In this document: one piece after another, positions 17,078-26,545 of the stretch
Numbering within the stretch: the first letter of the stretch is position 1
Layout of the letters: every line of letters starts with the position of its first letter
NCBI RefSeq assembly: GCF_000260965.1
Contig: NC_017856.1
Coordinates: 390,001 to 422,000, forward strand
DNA: 32,000 nt
Source of the DNA: Methylophaga frappieri
Lineage (GTDB): Bacteria; Pseudomonadota; Gammaproteobacteria; Nitrosococcales; Methylophagaceae
Direction of reading: 5' to 3'
Position numbers and translations under genes: made by a program
The notes under the pieces: generated by a model
Databases searched by the model: none
Seen by the model: the letters and a program-made list of their open reading frames with translations, nothing else
What the model was told of the DNA's origin: nothing

Positions 17078-17880
17078 TGCTTGAAACCCGCCATCTCTCG
17101 TTATCCTACCAGGATAAGGTCGTGATTCCGTCGACCTCACTGCAATTTGAATCCAGCAAAATCCATTGTCTGATTGGTCCCAACGGTTGTGGCAAATCGA
17201 CGTTATTACGTGGCTTGGCGGGTTTACTCATGCCACTGGCTGGCAACGTTCTGCTGGATAACCGCGATATTGGTCGGTGGCGACGCAAAGCGCTGGCACA
17301 ACGTCTGGCACTATTACCGCAAAACCCGATTGCCCCTGAAGGTATTTCGGTTAAGCAACTGGTCAGTCATGGCCGCTTTCCCTATCAAGGTTTGTTTCGA
17401 CAAAATAGTCAAGAGGATATTGATGCTGTGGACTGGGCACTGGATGCCACCGCCATGGCACCGTTACAACACCGCCTCTTTCAAACACTGTCTGGAGGGG
17501 AACGCCAACGTGCCTGGATTGCACTGGCATTGGCACAACAATCCGATATTTTACTGTTGGATGAACCCACTACCTACCTCGATATTGGTCATCAACTAGA
17601 AGTACTGAATCTGCTCGAAAAGCTGAATCAGCATCATCAGATAACCATCATTATGGTGTTGCACGATATCAATCAGGCAAGCCAATACGCCGACCGAATC
17701 CTTGCGATGCGTGCGGGTCAGATCGTTGCTGATAACCCGCCGTTGGACCTCATGCATTCGGCGTTAATACAGACTGTTTTTGGCGTGAATGTCGAATTTA
17801 TTACTCGTCAACATGGCGATAAAACTTATCGGCACAGTTTACCACTGCCTTCAGCCAGCAAAAATCACACACCGGAATAA
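17077..17880 (+). CDS. Iron-chelate ABC importer ATPase (FepC/FecE/FhuC-like)
   Basis: Start re-called to the ATG at 17077 (TAATG overlap with the permease stop). Walker A GPNGCGKST, signature LSGGERQR, Walker B LLLDEPTTYLD, H-loop VLHDIN. Confidence 0.9.
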   Translation: MLETRHLSLSYQDKVVIPSTSLQFESSKIHCLIGPNGCGKSTLLRGLAGLLMPLAGNVLLDNRDIGRWRRKALAQRLALLPQNPIAPEGISVKQLVSHGRFPYQGLFRQNSQEDIDAVDWALDATAMAPLQHRLFQTLSGGERQRAWIALALAQQSDILLLDEPTTYLDIGHQLEVLNLLEKLNQHHQITIIMVLHDINQASQYADRILAMRAGQIVADNPPLDLMHSALIQTVFGVNVEFITRQHGDKTYRHSLPLPSASKNHTPE

Positions 17881-17906
17881 CCCGGTCATCACAGGTAAGA
17901 CAAGTC

Positions 17907-18782
17907 ATGCAACTCACCATCAAAAATATTTCAAAGACTTACTCAAATGGCGTTCATGCCCTGAAACAGGTCAATCTGACTATTGGTCAGGGTATGTTTG
18001 GTCTGCTTGGTCCCAATGGCGCTGGAAAAAGCAGCATTATACGTACCTTGGCAACCTTGCAAGAACCCGATGAGGGCGAGATTTTATTTGATGGTTGGAA
18101 CATTTTAAAAAATCCACAGAAATTTCGGCGACTGCTGGGCTATTTACCTCAGGATTTTGGTGTCTACCCCAATGCTAGTGCCGTCGAACTACTGAATTAT
18201 TTTGCCCGCTTAAAAGGCTTTACTGATGCCAGAAAACGACAGCAACAAGTCCATTATTTACTGGATCTGGTGAACCTCACCAGCGCCAGAAACAAAAATG
18301 TGGATACGTTCTCAGGCGGGATGCGTCAACGCTTTGGGATTGCCCAGACACTGATTTCAGATCCCAAAGTCATTATTGTCGATGAACCCACGGCGGGCCT
18401 TGATCCGGCTGAACGAAACCGTTTTTACGGTATTTTGCACCGTTTGGGCGATCAAGCGATTGTCATCCTCTCAACTCACATCGTTGGCGATGTGACCAAT
18501 CTGTGCAGGGACATGGCTATTCTCAGCCAAGGGCAAATTCTGGCCAGAGGGGTTCCGGCTACATTGATTGCAGACATTGAAGGCCAACTCTGGCGCAAGA
18601 CGGTCACCCCTGAACAGTTGGAACACTATCGCGGCAAATACAAGGTTATTGCCACCCGCCTCCAGCAAGGTGAGGTTCAGGTGATTATTCAATCCCAGGA
18701 TAACCCCGGCGAAGGCTTTATCCCTAAAGCAGCTGACCTGGAAGATTTTTATTTCAGCTATATCCCCGAGCTCGCTATTTAA
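17907..18782 (+). CDS. ABC-2-type transporter ATP-binding protein
   Basis: Walker A GPNGAGKSS, signature FSGGMRQR, Walker B IIVDEPTAGLD. 291 aa with the C-terminal extension typical of ABC-2 ATPases. Confidence 0.9.
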   Translation: MQLTIKNISKTYSNGVHALKQVNLTIGQGMFGLLGPNGAGKSSIIRTLATLQEPDEGEILFDGWNILKNPQKFRRLLGYLPQDFGVYPNASAVELLNYFARLKGFTDARKRQQQVHYLLDLVNLTSARNKNVDTFSGGMRQRFGIAQTLISDPKVIIVDEPTAGLDPAERNRFYGILHRLGDQAIVILSTHIVGDVTNLCRDMAILSQGQILARGVPATLIADIEGQLWRKTVTPEQLEHYRGKYKVIATRLQQGEVQVIIQSQDNPGEGFIPKAADLEDFYFSYIPELAI

Positions 18783-18797
18783 GGACAGAAGACGCGC

Positions 18798-21700
18798 ATG
18801 TTTAAGAGCAGTTTTTTATTTGAGCTCAGATATCGCCTGACTTCCATCGGCACTTGGGTGTGTTTTCTGGCGTTATTTCTGATGGCTTATCGAGAAATGC
18901 TGGCTGGGGAATGGGATGTGTTAATCCAAAGTGGCCGAGTTGCCAGAAACGCGCCTTACACCGTTTACTACCTGTTTATGTATTACACCTTTTGGGCAGC
19001 GACCGTTGGCAGTGCCCTTATGTTGCCAACGTTATTGCGAGATTTGAAATCTGGCTCGGCTGAGCTGCTTTACAGCTATCCTATCAACAGTAAATCGTAT
19101 TTTTTGGGTAAATATCTGGCCAGTATGTTGATATTTATTTTGGTCATGAGTTCGGTTGCGGCTGCGTTTATTACCATGCCATGGGTAACCACTACGCTTG
19201 GCACCCATGATCCTGCCGATTACATTGCAACACCCTGGGCGCATATTGGCCACGCTTTTTTGATCTGGGTGTTGCCTGCCTGTTTCGTCTATGGCTCACT
19301 CACTATCGCCTTGACGGCGATAACTGGTCGCAATGGACCGGTTTACGCCATGATGATGCTTGCCGTCGGTCTGTTTGTCATGATCACCGCCATTTATGGT
19401 GATGGTGCACCACAATCCACACTGGTCCAGGTTCTGGATCCGCTGGGTAAAGTGACGGTTGAAGGCCAAATCTATTACTGGACGGCTGAAGAACGCATGC
19501 AACGGTTCCTGTCTCTTGAAGGTGCACTGTTGCAAAACCGCCTGCTTTACATCGGCTTAGCAGCCGTATTTTTAATCCTGGCGCTATGGCGATTTGATCT
19601 CAGAAAACTATTAGAAAGAGCAAAACACCGAGGGGCTAAACAGACAAAAGAGCCCATACAAGATGCAGACACGCCGGCGGTTTTTCTCGCACCGCGTAGT
19701 ATCCATTTTGACACGCTGACAGCGGCGAACTGGCATTATTGGCTTCAGCACGCGCTGATCTCTGGCTATCAGGCCTTTGCCATCATCTTTAAAAACAAAG
19801 CTTTTTATCTGTCGATGTTAACGTTAATCGCCATGTTGGTCTTGGCTGGTTTTTCTTATGAATCGACTGATTTTGAGGGCACTGGCAAGTTATTGCCCAA
19901 AGTCTTCATTCTGATGCCTGCATTGATTTATCCCAGCCTGATATTTACCTTGGTTGCCGCTGCATTTTTCTCGATTGAGTTGTTTGACCGGGAGCGGAAT
20001 TATCGTCTTAATCAACTGGTTGAGTCCTGTCCGGTGCCTACGTGGTCTTTGTTTTTGACCAAATTGATTGGTGCCGTGCTCATGGCCGCCACGCTCGCTT
20101 TGATACCTGGCTTATCTGTTCTAATCATTCAATTCGGTCAGGGCTTTTTTGACACTAACTGGCTAATGATGGGCCACATCACCTTTTTGGTGTTACTGCC
20201 ATTAATGCTGGCCTATGTGTTAATTGCATTATTTAGCTACGCGCTATTTCAAAATAAAGCATTGGCACAAGCAGTCGCCATCATCATCTGCATCACACCC
20301 GCGATTTTCAATGAATTAAAAACCGTTGAAAACTTCATGCTGTTATGGGCTTGGCCCTTTTTTGTTCAATTATCTGACTTTGATGCCAGTGGCCAATTTT
20401 TGCAGCGTAATCTTCGGTTTTCCGTGTATTGGTTGTCGCTGTATGCGGCTTTGATAATGATCGCTTATTGGCTGTGGCCAAGGGGTACAGCTGCCCCCTT
20501 TGCCATTCGTCTCAAGCAAAGTGCAAACCGATTGGGTACTGTCAGTGTGTCACTGGCGCTTCTGTTTACGGGTATTTTTGGCTGGAGTGCCTTTTCAATA
20601 CACCGTGACATGGTGGTAAACAATAATTACCAAAGCAGTCAGCAAGCACAGGCAGATCAGGCTGATTACGAAAAAAAATATGGCCCTACGCGACGGGTGC
20701 TACAACCCAAAATCGTCTTTGCCGATCTCAAGGTTGATCTGTATCCTGCTGACCGGCAGGCCAAATATGCTGCCGATCTCACCTTGATGAACCTTTACAC
20801 CACGCCCATAGAAGCGTTAACGCTCAATTATGCTGAGTTCACGCAAATCCTCTTGGCAACTTATGATGAACAACCGCTTCAGGCAACGCAGCATGATTTA
20901 ACCCATCGACGGCTGGTGTATCCACTGCCGTCACCGCTGCGTCCCGGCGAGCAGGCGACCTTAAACCTGCAACTTGATGCGACCTATCACAATTTCAGTA
21001 ATGCAGAGTTTGATTATCACGGTACTATCGTGCTGGATGGCAGTTATTTTGCTCACACCATGTGGCCAACTTTTGGCTATATCCGGGATCGAGAGCTGAC
21101 AACAGCGGGTCTCAGAAAAATCTACCAACTTGGCGAACGTCAGCCTTTACCCAGCCATGATAAGGCTGCTCTGGTTTCTGCTCTCATTGATTCTGATGAT
21201 GCCAACCTCATAAATAGTCGGATCCAAATCAGCACCGCAGTCAATCAACGCGCGCTTACCCCCGGCACTGCAGCGTTTGATAACGGAACAGCCTGTCAGG
21301 TTAAAGCGCAACGTCAAGTTTGTATGTATGAAAACAGGCAAGTCACGCCGTGGCATCTGCCAATGGTATCCGGCCGTTACCAACTCACCAGCGCAAGCTG
21401 GCAGCCAGACAATGGCGATCCGCCGGTTCAAATTGAAATCTATGCACATCCGGCGCATCACTACAACGTACAGCGCATGATCGATGCGGCCAAACTGGCC
21501 TTGTCAGCAGGCACTGAACAATGGGGAACCTTCCCCTACCAACAACTTCGCATCGCCGAAATTCCCAACGGCATGGCTGAAACGCAGGTGAGTGGCAATC
21601 TCGTTATTATCCCGGAAAAACAGGCCTGGCTGAATGACAAGCGACCGTCAGCAACGTCAGACTGGATAACTTATCAAATAACACGGGATATCAGTCGTAT

Positions 21701-22442
21701 CTGGTGGCAGCAAATCGCTGTCGCCGCACTGCAAGGCCATCAACTTATCACGCAGGCTATTCCCGCAGTTGAGGGACTTCGGGCACTTGAACACAAATTT
21801 GGCCAACCAGCCAGTACCGACTTTATTGATCAAATCAGTGATGCGTATTTACGGCAACGGACCACTGAAGATCAACAGGAAGCGGCCGTCAGGTACCTTG
21901 ATGATGAAGCGTATGCCAACCACAAGGCAACACTCTCTCTGTTTTCTGCCTACAAACTGCTGGGGCAAGATGCCTATCATCAGCTGTTAAAACGATTTTA
22001 CTCGTCACACCGGCAACTGAGCTCAGCCCCATTTACCAATAGCGGCGCCCTGGTAAAACAACTTCTCAGTCAAGCCAAAGCGGCGCAGAGAAAGCAACTC
22101 GATCCCTTGTTTCATGACAGCCGTTTTTATGACTTTCAGATAGAGCAAACCGACATTTCACCCCGAAATCAAGGCCGCTACCGGGTTCAGGCAACCTTCT
22201 CGGCCACCCAATATCGCTATCTGAATGGAAAAGATGTTGCGGCTGAATACAACGGCTTTGTTCGCGTACAGATAACATCCCAAAAACCTAATTCGCCGCT
22301 TCTTTTTGACCAGCTTGTCCAATTCGAACATGGCCGCGCATTCATAAATATCGAACTGGAGTATGAACCCGCGGCCATCTTGATAAACCCGGACAGACAA
22401 CTGCTGGAGAGAAGTCCGAGCAATAACGCACGACCGTTATAG
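18798..22442 (+). CDS. ABC-2-like polytopic permease (about 13-14 predicted TM segments) fused to a degenerate M1-aminopeptidase-like C-terminal domain
   Basis: Residues 1-600 are two blocks of hydrophobic helices. Residues about 640-1214 are soluble and align by eye with the M1 catalytic core. GAMEN corresponds to GMAET (21570-21584). HExxH corresponds to RDISR (21684-21698). The distal Glu ligand corresponds to Gln (21753-21755). Confidence 0.65.
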   Translation: MFKSSFLFELRYRLTSIGTWVCFLALFLMAYREMLAGEWDVLIQSGRVARNAPYTVYYLFMYYTFWAATVGSALMLPTLLRDLKSGSAELLYSYPINSKSYFLGKYLASMLIFILVMSSVAAAFITMPWVTTTLGTHDPADYIATPWAHIGHAFLIWVLPACFVYGSLTIALTAITGRNGPVYAMMMLAVGLFVMITAIYGDGAPQSTLVQVLDPLGKVTVEGQIYYWTAEERMQRFLSLEGALLQNRLLYIGLAAVFLILALWRFDLRKLLERAKHRGAKQTKEPIQDADTPAVFLAPRSIHFDTLTAANWHYWLQHALISGYQAFAIIFKNKAFYLSMLTLIAMLVLAGFSYESTDFEGTGKLLPKVFILMPALIYPSLIFTLVAAAFFSIELFDRERNYRLNQLVESCPVPTWSLFLTKLIGAVLMAATLALIPGLSVLIIQFGQGFFDTNWLMMGHITFLVLLPLMLAYVLIALFSYALFQNKALAQAVAIIICITPAIFNELKTVENFMLLWAWPFFVQLSDFDASGQFLQRNLRFSVYWLSLYAALIMIAYWLWPRGTAAPFAIRLKQSANRLGTVSVSLALLFTGIFGWSAFSIHRDMVVNNNYQSSQQAQADQADYEKKYGPTRRVLQPKIVFADLKVDLYPADRQAKYAADLTLMNLYTTPIEALTLNYAEFTQILLATYDEQPLQATQHDLTHRRLVYPLPSPLRPGEQATLNLQLDATYHNFSNAEFDYHGTIVLDGSYFAHTMWPTFGYIRDRELTTAGLRKIYQLGERQPLPSHDKAALVSALIDSDDANLINSRIQISTAVNQRALTPGTAAFDNGTACQVKAQRQVCMYENRQVTPWHLPMVSGRYQLTSASWQPDNGDPPVQIEIYAHPAHHYNVQRMIDAAKLALSAGTEQWGTFPYQQLRIAEIPNGMAETQVSGNLVIIPEKQAWLNDKRPSATSDWITYQITRDISRIWWQQIAVAALQGHQLITQAIPAVEGLRALEHKFGQPASTDFIDQISDAYLRQRTTEDQQEAAVRYLDDEAYANHKATLSLFSAYKLLGQDAYHQLLKRFYSSHRQLSSAPFTNSGALVKQLLSQAKAAQRKQLDPLFHDSRFYDFQIEQTDISPRNQGRYRVQATFSATQYRYLNGKDVAAEYNGFVRVQITSQKPNSPLLFDQLVQFEHGRAFINIELEYEPAAILINPDRQLLERSPSNNARPL

Positions 22443-22488
22443 CGTGATAAAGACCAATTAACTTAACCCCAAAATCAGGAATAGTAAT

Positions 22489-22719
22489 GTGAGTGAGACA
22501 GCGCCCCTTAATAAACTGGAACTCGTTGACTATATTCGAACACTAGCCCCTTTTATTGAGCACATTGATGCACAGGATAATCTACTGGAAAGCGGGCTGG
22601 ATTCAATGCATATCCTGCAGTTGGTAAATTACTGCCGCGCCAAAGGCAGTAAAGTCACCTTTACTCAATTGATTGTCTCGCCCACGCTGGCCGACTGGCA
22701 AACCCTCATCTGCCAGTAA
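22489..22719 (+). CDS. Free-standing carrier protein, aryl-carrier (EntB/VibB C-terminal ArCP)-like
   Basis: 76 aa with a GTG start; CAGGA lies 9 nt upstream. DNLLESGLDSMHILQLVNY...VSPTLADWQTLI parallels my recollection of EntB ArCP (DNLIDYGLDSVRMMAL...NPTIDAWWKLL). Ser of GLDS is the likely Ppant site. Confidence 0.72.
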   Translation: MSETAPLNKLELVDYIRTLAPFIEHIDAQDNLLESGLDSMHILQLVNYCRAKGSKVTFTQLIVSPTLADWQTLICQ

Positions 22720-22773
22720 CAACGCCTTTCTTTTTCAGACTGACATCATTCACTTCAATTGACAGGCACAGCT

Positions 22774-24168
22774 ATGCTTAGCAACTTTAAAAATCAACAA
22801 ATTTCCAAACTGGATGCCTCCATGGTGCGTTGTGGCATCACGTTTATTTTTGCCTATCGTTTCTCCGGTAGCATCGATCCGGATTTGCTGGAAGAGAGTG
22901 TCAATACCCTCTTGAGTCAAGTGCCTCGGTTGCAGAAAAAAATGGTTTTATTGGAAAAATATCGAGGCCAGTGGCAAACACCAAACTTCATCAAACCGTT
23001 ATTTTCAATTGATGACAACGCCGTACTGGATGAGGTACTGAGTATGGCCTATCAAAATGTGGGCATGACAAGTGAGGATCCGAAAGTCCCCCCAATGCAT
23101 TTCACCCTGTGTCTTGAACCGACTCAGCCGACGCAGTTCATTATTTTACAAACCGGAAAACACAGTTATTGCGACGGCAAATCCGCAACGATGATGTTTA
23201 ATCACGTTATTACTTTCTACAACGCATTATTGACCGATGATAAACAAGCACAACAAACCACCATAGATGCGGTCAGCGCACTGACCTCGCCGACGCCAGA
23301 TGACGTGTTTGCATTACGCAAACAAACACAGCCTATAATCGAAATTAGTCGCTGGCAACATATCAAGAATATCGCCCGATTAATGACTTACAAAGTGTCT
23401 GATAAAGCGCAGCATAGTACCTCACACAAACAGTTACCGAATCAATTTAAACAATTTCAACAAACCTCAGCCACGCCATTAGTGCAGCGTTTCGATATGT
23501 CGAGCCTCATTGATTATGCAAATCAACACTGTCCGGATGTATCACCAAACAACTTGATTTGTGCCTTGATTGCCAAAGCAACCTATGCCGTTAATCGCAA
23601 ATTCAAGAATCAACCAACCGCGTATCAAATCAGTTTCCGCATGATGATCGATATTTTTAATGCACCAATGCGCAAACGTTTTATCGGTAATTACATTGCT
23701 TACCTGCCAGTGACCGTAGATGCACGTATGCCATTGATGAGCATCGCAGATCGTATTAATGATCGACTTTTTAACGCGCGGTTAAAGCGAGAAGATATCA
23801 GCATGTACAAACTGCTGGAATTTGCGCTTGGCAGTGGTATGGCCAATAAAACCAACGATCCGGTTTCGTATATTATTGCCAATATCGATAATATTACGTT
23901 AAATCACAACCCCACATTAATGCAGGGTGCGACGTATTTAAAAACGGACGTCACCGCTAATTCTGTCCCACAAGACCTGGGGGGAGCTCAGCTCAACAAT
24001 CGCCCGACACTTTGCTTTAATCTCAGCAAAGAAAATCTATTAATGATCAGTTTTTTCAATACCGTGACCAACCCGCTAGCCGGTCAACAACTGCTTGAAA
24101 GTGTTGCTGCCGAGCTCGACAGCCTGGACCTGACGGATGCGGAAAGTGTCACGGTGGCTCATATTTAA
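22774..24168 (+). CDS. Free-standing condensation-domain-like acyltransferase (HxxxDG superfamily; VibH/PapA5-like size)
   Basis: About 465 aa. The single KHSYCDGKS motif fits (H)HxxxDGxS at about one third of the length, as in C domains. ATG at 22774 is preferred over the TTG at 22759. No other family-diagnostic motif recognised. Confidence 0.55.
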   Translation: MLSNFKNQQISKLDASMVRCGITFIFAYRFSGSIDPDLLEESVNTLLSQVPRLQKKMVLLEKYRGQWQTPNFIKPLFSIDDNAVLDEVLSMAYQNVGMTSEDPKVPPMHFTLCLEPTQPTQFIILQTGKHSYCDGKSATMMFNHVITFYNALLTDDKQAQQTTIDAVSALTSPTPDDVFALRKQTQPIIEISRWQHIKNIARLMTYKVSDKAQHSTSHKQLPNQFKQFQQTSATPLVQRFDMSSLIDYANQHCPDVSPNNLICALIAKATYAVNRKFKNQPTAYQISFRMMIDIFNAPMRKRFIGNYIAYLPVTVDARMPLMSIADRINDRLFNARLKREDISMYKLLEFALGSGMANKTNDPVSYIIANIDNITLNHNPTLMQGATYLKTDVTANSVPQDLGGAQLNNRPTLCFNLSKENLLMISFFNTVTNPLAGQQLLESVAAELDSLDLTDAESVTVAHI

Positions 24169-24301
24169 ACGTTTTTTGCTTAATTTTTGTGAACTCTATC
24201 CAGAATGGGGCGGAAAAAACCCTTTATGGGTAGTGCCCACTAGCAGTGCACCGGAAAATGGGGATTACGTTATATCTCAAACAAAATGGAAATCAATTGA
24301 T

Positions 24302-26428
24302 ATGAAATCGCCCACAAAACGAGGATTTAGCCCCAAACCGCGACTACTTAGCTCGCTAATGCTGCTGAGTCTGACAACAGGCAGTGCATTCGCTAACACT
24401 GAAGCTGACGACGAAAATACCAGCGCATTGGAAACCTTTGTTGTGACCGCAGAAAAGCGGGAAGACAAAGTGTTGGAAATCCCCTCCAGTATTTCTGTGA
24501 TGACTAGCGATACCATTGAAGATGCCGGTATTGAATCTTTAACTGAAATCAGTCAATACGTGCCCAACCTGCATAACTTTACCTGGGGTGGCCGTCGCGA
24601 TAGTAATATCTTTATTCGTGGCATTGGTCCAGGCCTGTTTACCGATCCTACTGTTGGCTTTTACGTTGATGGTGTCAATTATACCAGTAACGGTATGTTC
24701 GATATGGATCTGCTTAATATCGAGCGTATTGAGGTGTTGCGTGGCCCACAAGGCACACTTTATGGCGGCAACTCATTAGCGGGTGTCATTAATATCGTCA
24801 CCAAACAACCGACAAACCGCACTGAAGGACGGGCGTCAATTTCAACTGACAGCCTCCATCAACACCGTTTTCTCGGTAACTTCAGCACTCCTTTGGTGGA
24901 AGACAGCCTGTTTTTTGGTGGCGCCATCTCAGCCTTAAAATCTGATGGTTATATCGATAACACCTTCAATGGCGATGATTACGGTGCACGCGAAGATTAC
25001 AGTGGCCGTGGCACATTACGCTGGTTTGCAACCGATCGCCTGGAAGCCACCTTGGCAATGAATTTTGAAAAATTCCGTGGTGATTCCTATGCCTTTGGCC
25101 CGGCAGCCGCTATTGAGGATGATCCTGATGAAATTAGCAATGACTTTGATGGCGTTGATGAACGCGATTCATTTGGCACAGCATTAACCCTGGACTGGGC
25201 GGGAGATAATGTTGACATCACCTCTATTACCAGTTGGCAGCAATGGGATGGTTTAAATAGTGCCGACCAAGATGCCGGCAGTATGCCAGGATTCTCCTTT
25301 ACCAGTACCACTGAAGAAGAGCATCAACAAATTAGCCAAGAGCTTCGCTTTGCATCGAATCATGATCATTGGATTGACTGGCTGTTTGGGCTTTACGCTT
25401 ACAAGAGTGAGTTTGATGTCGACAGCGTGAACGTTTCTGATTTCACTGCTTTTGGACAAGGTGGTCCGTACATTGATGCGACTGCTTCTAAACGTGAAAA
25501 CACAGGATATGCTGCTTTTGGTCAGTTAGACTTTGCTCTTACCGATAGACTAACCCTAACCACAGGGCTTCGTGTAGATCACGAAGAACGTGAAGCAACC
25601 GTCAAAATCAACGGCGAATCCAGTGGTACCTTCGCGACCTTTAGCGGTGACGATGATTTTAATGAGTTGCTGCCAAAAGTTGCTTTATCGTACCTGACTG
25701 AGAATAACAGCTTGATTTACGGTTCTATCAGTAAGGGGTATCGCGCAGGTGGCTTCGATACACTCTATCCTAACCTGGAAAATCCAACCTATGACTCTGA
25801 AAGCAGCATCAATTATGAAGTGGGTTTCAAGAGTCGCTTTCTGGATGACCGGCTTGAGTTAAGCAGTGCTCTCTTCCTGATTGATATTGATGATCAGCAA
25901 GTTCAGCAATTACTGTCTTCAGGCACCATCATCACTGACAATGCTGCATCAAGTCGAAGCCAGGGTGTTGAATTGGAGCTGCGCTTTAAACCTGCCGATG
26001 GCTGGTTGATTTCCTTAGCGGGTAATTATACGGATGCGACTTTTGATGATTATCAAGGTATTAATCTCGCCACGTTTGCACCTGAGGATTACTCGGATAA
26101 CAAGTTACCGAATGCACCGAAATTTACCGCAAACTTGTCGATACAAAACCGCCGCCCTCTGGGCAATGGGCTGACCTTGTTTACCCGTATCGATAACCAG
26201 TACATCGACTCTTACTATTTCGATGCGCCAAATGCCCTTAAACAAGATGCCTACAACCTGGTTAATGCCAGAATTGGTGTTGAATCACATAACTGGAGTG
26301 CTTACTTGTGGGTGAAAAATGCCTTGGATGAGTACTACTCTAAAGCCGAGTTTGAATTTGGCTTTGGTCCAACCGCTGAAGCAGGTGACCCACGCTCATT
26401 TGGTATCACAGTGGCAACCACTTTTTAA
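24302..26428 (+). CDS. TonB-dependent outer-membrane receptor
   Basis: Start re-called to the ATG at 24302, which gives the signal peptide MKSPTKRGF...SLTTGSAFA. TonB-box-like ETFVVTA. Plug motifs IEVLRGPQGTLYGGNSLAGVINIVTK. Beta-barrel ending in the C-terminal Phe (...VATTF). Confidence 0.93.
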   Translation: MKSPTKRGFSPKPRLLSSLMLLSLTTGSAFANTEADDENTSALETFVVTAEKREDKVLEIPSSISVMTSDTIEDAGIESLTEISQYVPNLHNFTWGGRRDSNIFIRGIGPGLFTDPTVGFYVDGVNYTSNGMFDMDLLNIERIEVLRGPQGTLYGGNSLAGVINIVTKQPTNRTEGRASISTDSLHQHRFLGNFSTPLVEDSLFFGGAISALKSDGYIDNTFNGDDYGAREDYSGRGTLRWFATDRLEATLAMNFEKFRGDSYAFGPAAAIEDDPDEISNDFDGVDERDSFGTALTLDWAGDNVDITSITSWQQWDGLNSADQDAGSMPGFSFTSTTEEEHQQISQELRFASNHDHWIDWLFGLYAYKSEFDVDSVNVSDFTAFGQGGPYIDATASKRENTGYAAFGQLDFALTDRLTLTTGLRVDHEEREATVKINGESSGTFATFSGDDDFNELLPKVALSYLTENNSLIYGSISKGYRAGGFDTLYPNLENPTYDSESSINYEVGFKSRFLDDRLELSSALFLIDIDDQQVQQLLSSGTIITDNAASSRSQGVELELRFKPADGWLISLAGNYTDATFDDYQGINLATFAPEDYSDNKLPNAPKFTANLSIQNRRPLGNGLTLFTRIDNQYIDSYYFDAPNALKQDAYNLVNARIGVESHNWSAYLWVKNALDEYYSKAEFEFGFGPTAEAGDPRSFGITVATTF

Positions 26429-26437
26429 GTAACTTGT

Positions 26438-26476
26438 TATCCGTGCTGCTCCGCTACTTCGGGAGCAGCACGGATA
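26438..26476 (+). terminator. Perfect 15-bp stem hairpin downstream of the receptor gene
   Basis: tatccgtgctgctcc (26438-26452), loop gctacttcg, ggagcagcacggata (26462-26476). No U-tract follows, so it may be a weak or RNA-stabilising hairpin rather than a classical intrinsic terminator. Confidence 0.55.
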
Positions 26477-26545
26477 GCCTCACATCATTTGCACCACGTT
26501 TTTCCATACCGACATCTTTAAATTAAACCTATTCCAAACTAAACC

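Noticed and set aside
17789-18073. ORF bridging the importer ATPase and the ABC-2 ATPase genes, plus the other internal ORFs of 60-140 aa across 9389-28999.
   Set aside because: All overlap longer ORFs that carry family-diagnostic motifs. None has its own motifs or a plausible RBS.
20892-20906. HDLTH in the 1214-aa protein as a possible zinc-binding HExxH-like motif.
   Set aside because: It lies about 225 residues upstream of the GAMEN-equivalent, in what would be the N-terminal beta domain of an M1 fold. It has Asp rather than Glu and no downstream Glu ligand at the right spacing.
22759-22773. TTG start at 22759 for the condensation-like protein.
   Set aside because: An ATG five codons downstream (22774) is the more conventional start. 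The choice does not affect the functional call, and I cannot discriminate further without homologues.
24137-24301. Upstream extension of the TonB-dependent receptor ORF (track start 24137), possibly an N-terminal signalling domain.
   Set aside because: The extension precedes rather than follows the signal peptide and overlaps the end of the previous gene. The mature protein goes straight from the signal peptide to the TonB box and plug, so there is no FecA-type extension.
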